64,000 bases of DNA from Candidatus Latescibacterota bacterium (GTDB lineage: Bacteria; Latescibacterota; UBA2968; UBA8231): assembly GCA_965248265.1 (NCBI GenBank), contig CBDFJF010000001.1, forward strand, positions 1,248,001 to 1,312,000, written 5' to 3'. The notes under the pieces were generated by a model that worked only from the letters and a program-made list of their open reading frames with translations, had not been told where the DNA came from and did no database searches. Positions 1-9,153 of the stretch are shown here, piece by piece. Positions within the stretch are counted from its first letter, which is position 1. The number at the start of each line of letters is the position of its first letter. Position numbers and translations under genes: made by a program.

Positions 1-1167
1 TGCGGCTGCAACATCACCGGCGCTCCTCTCGTCGTCAAAGACAAGGTCATCGTCGGCGTCACCGGTGGCGATTCCGCCCATCGCGGCTACCTCAACGCCT
101 TCGACACCAAAACGGGCAAACATGCCTGGCGCTTCTGGGCCATCCCGGGACCCGGAGAGAAAGGCAACGAAACCTGGTTGGGTGACAGCTGGAAATACGG
201 CGGCGGCTCCACCTGGCTGACCGGGTCCTACGACCCCGAGCTCAATCTCCTGTATTGGGGCGTCGGCAATCCCGCGGCTGATTTCTACGGCGACGCGCGT
301 GCTGGCGACAACCTGTACACCGACAGCATCGTCGCTCTGGATCTCGACAGCGGCGAGGTCCGTTGGCACAATCAGCTGATCCCCCATGACGTCTGGGATT
401 GGGATACTACCTATGAGCAAATCCTCATCGACCTGCCGGTGGACGGCGAAATGCGCAAGCTCCTCATCCACCCGAGCAAGGGAGGCTTCACCTGGATCCT
501 CGACCGCACCAACGGTGAATTCGTCGACGCCTGGCCACTCTCCGACAACATCAACTGGGTAAGCGGCATCGGCCCCAACGGCGAGCTGTTGGACCGCTTT
601 GATCCGCCACTCGGCGAGCCCTGCCTGATCTGCCCGGCGATCGGCGGCGGGCGCAGCTGGAATCACGCCGCCTACAGTCCGCGCACCGGACTCCTCTACC
701 AGACCGGTATCGAGTGGTGCCAGGAGCTGATCGTCGAGCAAGAGGACCCCAGACCCGGCGAGACGTTCTTTGGGGGTCTTTTCGAGCTCAAACCCACACC
801 TTCTGGAGATCAGGGCAGCCACTTCGACGCCTACGACCCGGTTACCGGTGAGAAGAAATGGAGCTACAAATCCAAATACCCGCTATTGGCTTCTTCCCTG
901 GCGACGGGAGGCGACCTCGTCTTCACCGGTGATCCAGAGGGTGATTTCATCGCCTTCGATGCCACCAACGGCGACAAGCTGTGGACCTTCAATACCGGCT
1001 CGGGACACAGAGGTTCGCCGGTAACCTATGCCGTCGATGGTACCCAGTACATCGCCGTGCCCTCCGGGTGGGGCTCTGCCGTTGCCGGCCTCCTGCCGCA
1101 GCTCTGGCCGGAAACCGAGGACTTCCCGGGCGGCGGCGCTCTCTTCGTCTTTGCTCTGAAGAAGTGA
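1..1167 (+). CDS. PQQ-dependent dehydrogenase, methanol/ethanol family (5' end outside window)
   Basis: Frame is open from base 1 (CGCNITGAPLVVKDKVIVG...). Contains YDPELNLLYWGVGNP, PHDVWDWD, GGRSWNHAAYSP, LATGGDLVFTG and SPVTYAVDGTQYIAV, typical of quinoprotein beta-propeller dehydrogenases. Confidence 0.92.
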   Translation, partial: CGCNITGAPLVVKDKVIVGVTGGDSAHRGYLNAFDTKTGKHAWRFWAIPGPGEKGNETWLGDSWKYGGGSTWLTGSYDPELNLLYWGVGNPAADFYGDARAGDNLYTDSIVALDLDSGEVRWHNQLIPHDVWDWDTTYEQILIDLPVDGEMRKLLIHPSKGGFTWILDRTNGEFVDAWPLSDNINWVSGIGPNGELLDRFDPPLGEPCLICPAIGGGRSWNHAAYSPRTGLLYQTGIEWCQELIVEQEDPRPGETFFGGLFELKPTPSGDQGSHFDAYDPVTGEKKWSYKSKYPLLASSLATGGDLVFTGDPEGDFIAFDATNGDKLWTFNTGSGHRGSPVTYAVDGTQYIAVPSGWGSAVAGLLPQLWPETEDFPGGGALFVFALKK

Positions 1168-2057
1168 AAGCGGCATCGTTCCGGGGCATCCTGCTGACGG
1201 GTATCGCTCTGGTTCTGTGCGGTCCGCGTGAGGTTGGCGCCGGATCCGACACCGTCACCGAAGGCGCCATCCTGTTCGCCAAGAACTGCTCCGTCGGCTA
1301 TTGCCACGGTAAGGAGGGCCGCGCCGGACGGGGGCCGCGGCTGCGGGGTCGCACCTTCTCAAACCGTTATCTGTACAGAATAATAGAAGAGGGCATCCCG
1401 GCCTCTTCCATGGGGGGATGGAAGGAAGTGCTTACCGAGGCTCAGATTGGGGCACTGGTGGCCTACATCCGCAGCCTGGCGGAGCCGCAACCTGCGCCTG
1501 GTGTCATCTCCAGTATCGGATCTGCGGTCGCGCCAGCCCCAACGGCGGCGAAGTGGACACCGCAGACCCCGGCGTTGGCTGGAGATCCCATCCTCGGGCG
1601 AGAGTTGTTCTTCGAGTCGACGCAGAACTCCCACAACTGTGGCAGCTGTCACCAGGTCGATGGCAGGGGCGGCACCGTCGGACCCGATCTTACCTCCCTC
1701 TCCGCCAGGTCCGCAGCTTCGATTCTCCTGGATATCGTGTTCCCTGACGCCGTGCTGTTGGACCGGTGGAAGCTGATCGAGGTACAGACGGTAGACGGCG
1801 AGAAACTCGAAGCCCTGCACGTTGGAGACTCCACCAGGCGCGTGAAGCTGTATGACGTCTCCAGTTCACCGCCGGTCTTGAGAGCCATCAAGAAAGAAAA
1901 AATACAGAGTACCAAGCCGCTGCGGCGCTCAGCCATGCCCGCCGACTATGGCGAACGCTACACCCTCAGGCAACTGCTCGATCTCGTCTCCTATTTGAAG
2001 ACGGGGACCGGGGCGTCCGTTGCGGTGACGGTCGAAGAACTGCTGTTGCAACCCTGA
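1164..2057 (+). CDS. Periplasmic di-heme c-type cytochrome / heme-binding domain protein
   Basis: GTG start overlaps the upstream stop (GTGA). Signal-like N-terminus; heme motifs CSVGYCHG (CX4CH) and CGSCH; GPDLT and S.MP motifs; 'LLDLVSYL' C-terminal helix. Confidence 0.85.
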   Translation: MKAASFRGILLTGIALVLCGPREVGAGSDTVTEGAILFAKNCSVGYCHGKEGRAGRGPRLRGRTFSNRYLYRIIEEGIPASSMGGWKEVLTEAQIGALVAYIRSLAEPQPAPGVISSIGSAVAPAPTAAKWTPQTPALAGDPILGRELFFESTQNSHNCGSCHQVDGRGGTVGPDLTSLSARSAASILLDIVFPDAVLLDRWKLIEVQTVDGEKLEALHVGDSTRRVKLYDVSSSPPVLRAIKKEKIQSTKPLRRSAMPADYGERYTLRQLLDLVSYLKTGTGASVAVTVEELLLQP

Positions 2058-2162
2058 TCTCCAGTCGGCACATAGCCTGAGGGCTGACCTTGACCATCGG
2101 TGCGACAGCCCGGTCCTTATTGGGGCAGACCCCGCAGTAAACACGATGAAAGTGGTGACCCA

Positions 2163-3539
2163 ATGACCGACTCTATTGCTGAACGCGTCAGTACTGACAG
2201 GTATCTGGCATCGCTCGAAGAAGTGGTTGCCGAATACACCGCCCGCAACCCGCTCTCGCACCAGATGCATCAACGTGCCCGGCGCTCCCTTCCCGGAGGG
2301 AACACTCGATCGGGCGTCAACGTCGACCCGTTTCCCATCTACGCGGACAGCGGCGAAGGGGTCTACCTGCGCAACCTGGACGGTCACCGACTGCTGGATT
2401 TCGTCAACAACGCCACCTCGCTCATTCTGGGACATGCCGATCCGATGATTGTCGAAGCGCTACAGAATCAGGTAGCGCGCGGCACCGCCTTCTCGCGGCC
2501 GCTCGCCATCGAGGTCGAGATGGCGGAACTGCTGCGGCAGCGCATGCCGGTCCTGGAGCTCCTGCGTTTCTCGAGTTCGGGAACGGAGGCCGTGCTGAAT
2601 GCCCTGAGAGTTGCCAGGGCCTTCACCGGGAAAACGATGATCGCCAAGTTCGAGGGGGCCTATCACGGCATCGACGACCAGGTCATGGTCAGCTACACAC
2701 CGCAGCTCGGACCGGAACTCGGCCCTGCGCAGCGCCCCAACCCGGTAGTTTCGACGGAGGGCCTCGCCTCGGGAACGGCGGAGAGCGTCCTCGTCCTGCC
2801 TTTTAATGATGCAGACACCACCGAGAGTTTGATCGGCGAGTACGCAAGCGAGTTGGCAGCCGTCGTCATCGACCCGTTGTCCACGGCAGCGGGACTGACG
2901 CTACCCGATGCTGATTTTCTCTCGCGTCTCAGGCAGGTTACCGAGCGGCACGGCATTCTCCTCATCTTCGACGAGATCGTCAGCTTCCGGGTACACCCGG
3001 GTGGGGCTCACTCCATGCTGGACGTGCGCCCGGATCTGGTCACGCTGGGTAAAGTCATCGCCGGCGGCACCCCCGCAGCCGCCTTCGGAGGCCGCCAGGA
3101 TGTCATGAAGTTATTCGATCCAAGTGAAGGTGGAGCGCGGATCTGGCAGTCGGGGACCTTCAATGCCAATCCCCTCAGCCTGACGGCCGGCCTGCTGACA
3201 CTCGAACGCCTGACCCCGGCCGTCTACGACGAAATCGACGCCCGAACCAGTCGACTGGCGGACTCGTTGCAAAGCGTATTCGACGAGGTCGGGCTTGCTG
3301 CCTGCGTCTGCGCCATCGGCTCACTATTCCGTATTTACTTCCTCGAAAAGGTACCTCGAAACTATCGCGAGGCGGCTGCGGATGACCGCGGCATGCATCG
3401 ATGGCTGTTTCTCAGCCTCCTCAACCGCGATATCTACTGGCGCAACGGCGGCATCAACGCCCTGTCCGTGCCGACGACGGACGACCACGTCGATCATCTA
3501 ACAGCGACGGTGGGCGATATACTGACCGGAGTCCTGTAG
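2163..3539 (+). CDS. Class III PLP aminotransferase (glutamate-1-semialdehyde aminomutase-like)
   Basis: SSGTEA, FEGAYHG, LIFDEIVSFR, TLGKVIAGG (PLP Lys), SGTFNANP. Confidence 0.9.
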   Translation: MTDSIAERVSTDRYLASLEEVVAEYTARNPLSHQMHQRARRSLPGGNTRSGVNVDPFPIYADSGEGVYLRNLDGHRLLDFVNNATSLILGHADPMIVEALQNQVARGTAFSRPLAIEVEMAELLRQRMPVLELLRFSSSGTEAVLNALRVARAFTGKTMIAKFEGAYHGIDDQVMVSYTPQLGPELGPAQRPNPVVSTEGLASGTAESVLVLPFNDADTTESLIGEYASELAAVVIDPLSTAAGLTLPDADFLSRLRQVTERHGILLIFDEIVSFRVHPGGAHSMLDVRPDLVTLGKVIAGGTPAAAFGGRQDVMKLFDPSEGGARIWQSGTFNANPLSLTAGLLTLERLTPAVYDEIDARTSRLADSLQSVFDEVGLAACVCAIGSLFRIYFLEKVPRNYREAAADDRGMHRWLFLSLLNRDIYWRNGGINALSVPTTDDHVDHLTATVGDILTGVL

Positions 3540-3583
3540 GCCACGTTCGCCTGACAGCGACGGTGCGCAACATACTGACCTAG
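3485..3583 (+). repeat. Degenerate tandem duplication of the aminotransferase 3' end
   Basis: ccacgt..acagcgacggtgggcgatatactgacc (3485-3527) vs ccacgt..acagcgacggtgcgcaacatactgacc (3541-3580); these encode LTATVGDILT and LTATVRNILT*. Confidence 0.75.
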
Positions 3584-3606
3584 GCTTTGTAGACCCAGTC
3601 AGGAAG

Positions 3607-4800
3607 TTAGAACTGTGCGTCCATCTTGAGCGCGACCTTGAAGAATGGGCTGCCCTCTTCGTCCGCTCCTCCCAGGAGTTTGGCTCCAAGATCGATGCTG
3701 CGATTGTAGGCGTAGATTAGTTCGGTGGAGGACTGTATATAGGTACCCTTGAATCGGTAGTCGGTTTCATCCAGATCCGGGTCGAGTAGGTTCGAGTCGT
3801 AGACCTCGAAGAAGGTGTTCCATCTCAGCCCGTCCACCCACGACTCGCTCAGATCGTAGTTGCCCTGGACGTAGAATCCGCGTGTTTCGACACCGAGGTG
3901 ATCGTTGTCCATCAGTATAAACTCACCCAGCATGGTGAAGTCGTAGGTCATGCGATAGCGGTAAGAGAGCCCCCATGCCACGGTGGGTTCGGCGTCACGG
4001 CCGACGTCGTGAAGGTAAACGTTGCCCGCCAGATCGAACCTCGACCACCCTGTTCCTACCTTTAAAACAATATCCTTGAAATCGTTGACGTCCTTGTTCT
4101 TCAAGGTGCTGCCGCCTTGAAGTACACCGGTCTCATAGGCGAACCTGCCAGCGTTGCCGAACACGGTGAAACCAAGATCGGCTCGCCGCAGGGCCACACC
4201 CAGTGTTACAGGATCGGTCTTCAGGGCGCTCAGATTTCTGAACAGAGAAAAGTCGTCCCAGAATCCGAAGGGATTGCGAACTCTGCCGAGTTTAACACCG
4301 AGATTGTCCGACAGATAAAAATTGACCGCCGCTCGTTCGAAGTGCCCTTTCTCGCTTGCCTCGTCCAGCTCGTTGATGCTTTCGGTGACGATCCGATCGA
4401 TCTCGAGGATGCGTGCGTCCGCGTCTTCGTCGTCGGAGCCGATGCCCTCGAGGGACTCGGCGATGGTCAAGAACCCCCCGAGCAGATACAGGTCAGATGT
4501 AAGGGGCTGGTACTCGACAGTGAAATCCGCTTGAGGGCCGAGGTCACCTTCGAGGTTCAAGAAGATGTTGTTAAAATAGAACCTGCTGTGCTCCTCGAAG
4601 TTTTCACGGATTCTTCCTGTCAGACTGTGCAGATAGATGGTCTCGATTCGTCCCGAAATCAATAAATCGTCAGACGACTCCTCAGGTGCGTCGCTCGACT
4701 CTGCGCCAGCACCACTCTGGCCGTGAAGCTCGAGCGGACCCTGCACCAGTAAGGCGACTACCCAAGCGACGAAATACAGACTGAAGGATCTATTTTTCAT
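3607..4800 (-). CDS. Outer-membrane beta-barrel / porin-like protein
   Basis: Signal peptide, alternating aromatic/hydrophobic strands, GRVRNPFG porin-like motif, C-terminal Phe (MDAQF). Confidence 0.7.
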   Translation of the reverse strand: MKNRSFSLYFVAWVVALLVQGPLELHGQSGAGAESSDAPEESSDDLLISGRIETIYLHSLTGRIRENFEEHSRFYFNNIFLNLEGDLGPQADFTVEYQPLTSDLYLLGGFLTIAESLEGIGSDDEDADARILEIDRIVTESINELDEASEKGHFERAAVNFYLSDNLGVKLGRVRNPFGFWDDFSLFRNLSALKTDPVTLGVALRRADLGFTVFGNAGRFAYETGVLQGGSTLKNKDVNDFKDIVLKVGTGWSRFDLAGNVYLHDVGRDAEPTVAWGLSYRYRMTYDFTMLGEFILMDNDHLGVETRGFYVQGNYDLSESWVDGLRWNTFFEVYDSNLLDPDLDETDYRFKGTYIQSSTELIYAYNRSIDLGAKLLGGADEEGSPFFKVALKMDAQF

Positions 4801-5140
4801 GGAATTCCCCGTCTTTGTATCGCTTGAGTATGAGCTTTGCCGCAGCCACCCTATCCAATTTTATCTCTACGATTTTACCGATCTCCTCGGACAGCTCCTG
4901 CGGCTTGAGCACGACAGCAGTTCCCAGGGAGATGTAGTTGTCTTCGAGATAGATTTGTAGTTTCATCGTAAAGAAACGAGCCTTGCCTTCGTGTTCCTTC
5001 TCCACCAGGCTCAGGATATGAGTCAGGGATTTGACCGAATTGACCCTCTTGGTTTCTGGCAGCGCCTGTACCAGCGCCGGCAGCAGACAGAGGTTGAGTA
5101 GCGCCGCGAGCACTGCTATGCGGCCGCAAAACCTGATCAC
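4790..5140 (-). CDS. Small secreted hypothetical protein
   Basis: Signal peptide (LLPALVQA); overlaps the start of the downstream barrel gene, implying an operon. Confidence 0.65.
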   Translation of the reverse strand: MIRFCGRIAVLAALLNLCLLPALVQALPETKRVNSVKSLTHILSLVEKEHEGKARFFTMKLQIYLEDNYISLGTAVVLKPQELSEEIGKIVEIKLDRVAAAKLILKRYKDGEFHEK

Positions 5141-5242
5141 TTCACGACCCTCATGGTCTTGTCCTCTGGGATTGAATGGGCTACCCGGAGCGCAGAGGCC
5201 CGTGCTGAAAGTTAATCAATTTATCACCTCCGGAGACACACG

Positions 5243-6694
5243 ATGTCGTCGTTTCCATTGCATAACTGGATCGCACGTCGCATCAAAAACAAGATCCTGT
5301 TCTCGGTGCTGTTCGTATTCGTCGTCCTCTATGGCGCCACTCTCAGCGTTACCTATTCCAGCTCCAGAGCCGATTTGCTCAAAGCAGCCAAAGACGAGGC
5401 CCAGAGCACTGCCGAAACGCTGGCGCTGACCTTCTGGAGGAATTACGAGCTCGGAAACGACAGTGACATCAGGAACATCCAGAGCTATCTGTTCGGACTC
5501 GAACGCATCATAAACCGGCGCCGGTCCGAGACGTCTGGCAGCACCTCCGTTTTGCTCGAAGTCAACGTCATCGATCCCGGCCTGGTAATTCAGAACAGCA
5601 CCAGAGACGACAAGCTGTTCACCACGGTTGAGGGTGAAATCTACCGCAAGGCCGTCGCCAATACGCCGACAGCACAGCTGGTCATAGACGATGAAGAAGT
5701 GCCCTTCGTACATGTCGTGTACCCGGTGACCGGCGATGCTGGGAAAGAGGGAGTCGTCGCCACTGGAGCCGTCGAACTGAAGTTCAGTCTCGAACGGCAG
5801 TTTCATTCCCTTGCGCTCCTGCGAGTCAGGACGGCGCTTGCCGGCATCGTCATTCTGCTGGCCATCACCGTCGTCATCACCATCATATCCAATTCCATCA
5901 CCAAACCGATTCAGAATCTCTACGCCGGGATGAATGCGGTCGATGAGAAGGGAGATCTCGCAGTACAGGTCCCGGTCATCAGCGAGGACGAGGTGGGGTA
6001 CTTAACCTCTTCCTTCAACCAAATGATCGATTCCGTCCGTGTCTCCAACGACAAGCTGGTGGAAATGGTTACCTCATCACAGCGATTCGTACCTGCGCAG
6101 TTCTTGAGCGCCCTGGGGCGCGGCGACATCACCGACGTGAAACTCGGTGATGCCATTCTCAGAGACATGAGTGTCTTTTTCATGGATATCCGGGGCTTCA
6201 CCGACATGTCTCAAAGAATGACTGCCGAGGAAAACCTGACGTTTCTGAATTCCCTGCTCGAACGCATCCTCCCTTCGATCGAGGACAACCACGGATTCGT
6301 CGACAAGTACATGGGGGACTCGATCATGGCCTTGTTTGAAGACTCGGATGACGCCCTGCTCGCCGCCGTCGATCTGCGACGGGAGGTACTCGCCTTCAAC
6401 CAGACACGCACCGAAGGAGATGTCGACGTCGGCATCGGCATTAACTCGGGCGAGCTCATCCTGGGCACCATGGGCACTTCGGGCCGGATCGAGACGACCG
6501 TCATCGGCAGCACCGTCAATGTAGCATCGAGACTGGAGTCGCTGACCAAGGAGTTCCAGGTGCCCATCATCATCGCAGAGTCCGTGTATGAAACGCTGTC
6601 AGAGGAGACCCTTGCAGAGTTCGACACCCGGGAGCTGGGGCCGACCAAGATCCGGGGGATCGATCGTGAAATGAACTTGTTCGGAGTGACCTAA
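5243..6694 (+). CDS. Membrane class III adenylate cyclase (2 TM, periplasmic sensor, HAMP)
   Basis: HAMP (ITKPI...DEVGYLTSSFNQM); FMDIRGFT, DKYMGD, GIGINSG, TVIGSTVNVASRLE. The Lys/Thr specificity residues point to ATP as substrate. Confidence 0.92.
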   Translation: MSSFPLHNWIARRIKNKILFSVLFVFVVLYGATLSVTYSSSRADLLKAAKDEAQSTAETLALTFWRNYELGNDSDIRNIQSYLFGLERIINRRRSETSGSTSVLLEVNVIDPGLVIQNSTRDDKLFTTVEGEIYRKAVANTPTAQLVIDDEEVPFVHVVYPVTGDAGKEGVVATGAVELKFSLERQFHSLALLRVRTALAGIVILLAITVVITIISNSITKPIQNLYAGMNAVDEKGDLAVQVPVISEDEVGYLTSSFNQMIDSVRVSNDKLVEMVTSSQRFVPAQFLSALGRGDITDVKLGDAILRDMSVFFMDIRGFTDMSQRMTAEENLTFLNSLLERILPSIEDNHGFVDKYMGDSIMALFEDSDDALLAAVDLRREVLAFNQTRTEGDVDVGIGINSGELILGTMGTSGRIETTVIGSTVNVASRLESLTKEFQVPIIIAESVYETLSEETLAEFDTRELGPTKIRGIDREMNLFGVT

Positions 6695-7776
6695 AAACGC
6701 ACCTGCGTCCACAGGTACAGCCGGTCGTCAGCAACGTTGTCGTCGGCATCACCCTCCTCCCAGCGAAACTCGTAGTTGAGCAGCACGCGAAAGGCGTCTT
6801 GCTGCTCGCCATAGTAAGCGCCCACGGTCCAGCGAGTATATTCGTCGAAGAATGCTTCGTAACGCAGCAACGGACCGAACGGTCGCGACGTCTTGCCGAT
6901 CGCCGTCAGGTAGTAGGCGTAGATCGTCTCCTCTTCGCCTAGCTCCTTCTGTGGCCCGATGGCGAACTCCCCATTGAGATCGACGCGTGAAGTTTCATAC
7001 AGAAAGTCGGTACCGACTCGTTTGAAATCGATGAAGTAGCCGGTGATTTCATCGGTGGAATCGGTCGCCGCGATGATCTCCTCAGGATCGTACTGTTCCC
7101 ACTGGTCACCCAGGCCGGCAGAGACTCCCCACATCCACCTGCGGTCGGCTCCCCTGGCGTTTCGCAAGCCGAAGCGGCCCCAGACATTCTTGGCCTTGTT
7201 GTTGTCATGCTGCGTATTCATGCCGGAACCGTTGACGACGGCAACGTCATAGCTGACTCGCGTGCCACCGCCGAATGACCCTCTGCCGCGCAGACTCACT
7301 CCGACATCCCGCAGGTTGACGCCGCGCGCCAGGTTGTCCGACAGCTCGGTTCGATTGACCATGTATAGTTTACTCGATGATACCTGATTCTCGTAACCGA
7401 AGATCGTCTTCTGCTGCCCGATGCGCAGCCTCATGTTGTTGTTGAGCTTGAGGTTGAAGTAGGCGTCGCGCATGAATCCGCCGATTTCAGGAGGGCGAGG
7501 ATCAATATCCATTTCGTAGGAGATGTACTCGTTGATGACGCCCTCCACCGAGAGGCGGGCTCGCTGAACCCTGGCTCGACCGGCGTCGGACTCGTTGTCC
7601 CCATTGGTGTCTACCGGCAGGTTGACGACCTGGACCTGCACATAGCCGTAGACCTTCGGTCCCTTGTTGAGTTCGGGATCGGACTTCAGAATTGAATCCT
7701 TTGCCGCGATGGCACTCTGACTGCATATCAGGAGTCCCACCGCTACCGAAATGATCGCTTTCGCTGTGATGCTCAT
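6691..7776 (-). CDS. Porin, OprO/OprP phosphate-selective porin-like
   Basis: Start MSITAK with GGAGG RBS; signal peptide; RARLSVEG, DAYFN, RIGQQK..FGYEN..SS, RDVGV, NGSG motifs; C-terminal Phe. Confidence 0.75.
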   Translation of the reverse strand: MSITAKAIISVAVGLLICSQSAIAAKDSILKSDPELNKGPKVYGYVQVQVVNLPVDTNGDNESDAGRARVQRARLSVEGVINEYISYEMDIDPRPPEIGGFMRDAYFNLKLNNNMRLRIGQQKTIFGYENQVSSSKLYMVNRTELSDNLARGVNLRDVGVSLRGRGSFGGGTRVSYDVAVVNGSGMNTQHDNNKAKNVWGRFGLRNARGADRRWMWGVSAGLGDQWEQYDPEEIIAATDSTDEITGYFIDFKRVGTDFLYETSRVDLNGEFAIGPQKELGEEETIYAYYLTAIGKTSRPFGPLLRYEAFFDEYTRWTVGAYYGEQQDAFRVLLNYEFRWEEGDADDNVADDRLYLWTQVRF

Positions 7777-7856
7777 GACTGCAATTCCTCCCCTTTTTTC
7801 CTTGCGACCAGTATCCCGGTCGGCTTTATAGTGTGTTGTATCCTTTTCTCTTGTTG

Positions 7857-7872
7857 AGCAACGATTGTGCCT
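7857..7872 (-). promoter_or_regulatory. sigma54 -24/-12 promoter for the porin gene
   Basis: Minus strand AGGCACAATCGTTGCT (GG-N10-GC), about 80 bp upstream of the ATG. Confidence 0.75.
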
Positions 7873-7944
7873 GAACGACACCGAACGCTGCCAGGCGAGA
7901 TTAGCCTGAGTTGCGTTGAAGACTCTATCTACCGGTGGGCAAGC

Positions 7945-7990
7945 GCGCAGAAGTCAGCGCTCGAAATTCAGCAGTGCTGGAGTTTCAGCA
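7945..7990. promoter_or_regulatory. Putative enhancer (UAS) sites for the 7872 promoter
   Basis: Minus strand TGCTGAATTTCGAGCGC (7957-7973) and imperfect palindrome TGCTGGAGTTTCAGCA (7975-7990), 85-120 bp upstream of the -24 box. Confidence 0.55.
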
Positions 7991-8016
7991 GGAAATCGTC
8001 AGAGGTAGGGCCGGTA

Positions 8017-9153
8017 TCAAAATCTGATCTCGGGACCGGCGAACACGATGTGATCGACGTAGTCGTTCGCGGCGAACGACGAGTCGTTCATACGGAACAG
8101 ATAGCGGAGCTTGAGATGCGTTGCATCCCGCCATTTGTATTTGAGGAAAACGGATGACAGAAACAGGAGATCGTCGCGGGCGTTCTGCAGAATGGTGATT
8201 TCCTCTTCGTCTTCCCACATCTTGGAGATGAGCTCCTCGTAGGCCGAAATCGTTACCTTGTCGCTGAGTCGGCGGGAGTAGAGCACCGTCGCCTTGTGTT
8301 TCTTGAGATCGAACTCCGCCTCACTGTCCTGCGAGTCCTCGTGCCCCTCGACGCCGCCAATCTGGTCCAGACTCATCGATGACGACGAATCGATCTGGTA
8401 CATGTAGGTGGCGCTCAGGGTCTGGCGGGAGGAAATCAACCAATCGAATCCGGTTCGAAGGGTGTGACGGGACCCTCCTTCAACGGCGGAGATATTCTGG
8501 AACTCCTGCGGATTGGCGGACCCTTCATAGAGTTGCAGATCGTACGAGTAATAGGAAGAGAAACTGAAGCTCCACGTCTTGTGTGCTTCGACAAAAGCCC
8601 CGTTGACATCGTAATCCAGAGAGCTCGATTGCGGATACCGGGTGAGGATGTTCTGATACCCGACGCTCAACTGCCATTGGGGCGACAGCGGTCTCTTGTA
8701 GGTCAAGATGCCGGTATGCCTGGTAAAGTCGAAGGTGTCTTTGTCGGGCACGGTGAAATGGCGCAATTCACTCGTCAGGTGCAGGCCGTTCTCTCCGAGC
8801 CGGCGCACCAGTGACAGCCGCGTTCGGTTGAAGAACCAGTTCTCTTCTTCATGTTCGCTGTGGAGGTTCGCATGTCCAGTGTAGGCCGCATCCAGCCACC
8901 AGTCGGGACCCCAAGACTTGGCCAGCTGCAGATTCGCCGTAGGCTCGCTGATGAACGCCTCCTTGGTTCCTGCCCCTGTCGTCTTGCCGTTGCTCAGATC
9001 CAGGTTGGTGTTGAACTTGGCGAAAACGGCGGCGTTGCCGCTGAATTTCCAGCTGTCCTCGGACGGACTGTCCGCGGATGCATCTTGAGCATGATTGCCC
9101 CCGGCTGCCGGGCCATAGATGCAGAGAATGAACAGGAGGAGAAGAGGGATCAT
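8017..9153 (-). CDS. Outer-membrane beta-barrel protein of unknown function
   Basis: Signal peptide, amphipathic strands throughout, ends GPEIRF. Confidence 0.72.
   Translation of the reverse strand: MIPLLLLFILCIYGPAAGGNHAQDASADSPSEDSWKFSGNAAVFAKFNTNLDLSNGKTTGAGTKEAFISEPTANLQLAKSWGPDWWLDAAYTGHANLHSEHEEENWFFNRTRLSLVRRLGENGLHLTSELRHFTVPDKDTFDFTRHTGILTYKRPLSPQWQLSVGYQNILTRYPQSSSLDYDVNGAFVEAHKTWSFSFSSYYSYDLQLYEGSANPQEFQNISAVEGGSRHTLRTGFDWLISSRQTLSATYMYQIDSSSSMSLDQIGGVEGHEDSQDSEAEFDLKKHKATVLYSRRLSDKVTISAYEELISKMWEDEEEITILQNARDDLLFLSSVFLKYKWRDATHLKLRYLFRMNDSSFAANDYVDHIVFAGPEIRF

Noticed and set aside
2163-3539. Calling the gene hemL
   Set aside because: It lacks the PGGVNSPVR signature (has PGGNTRS) and has no tetrapyrrole gene context; kept at family level.
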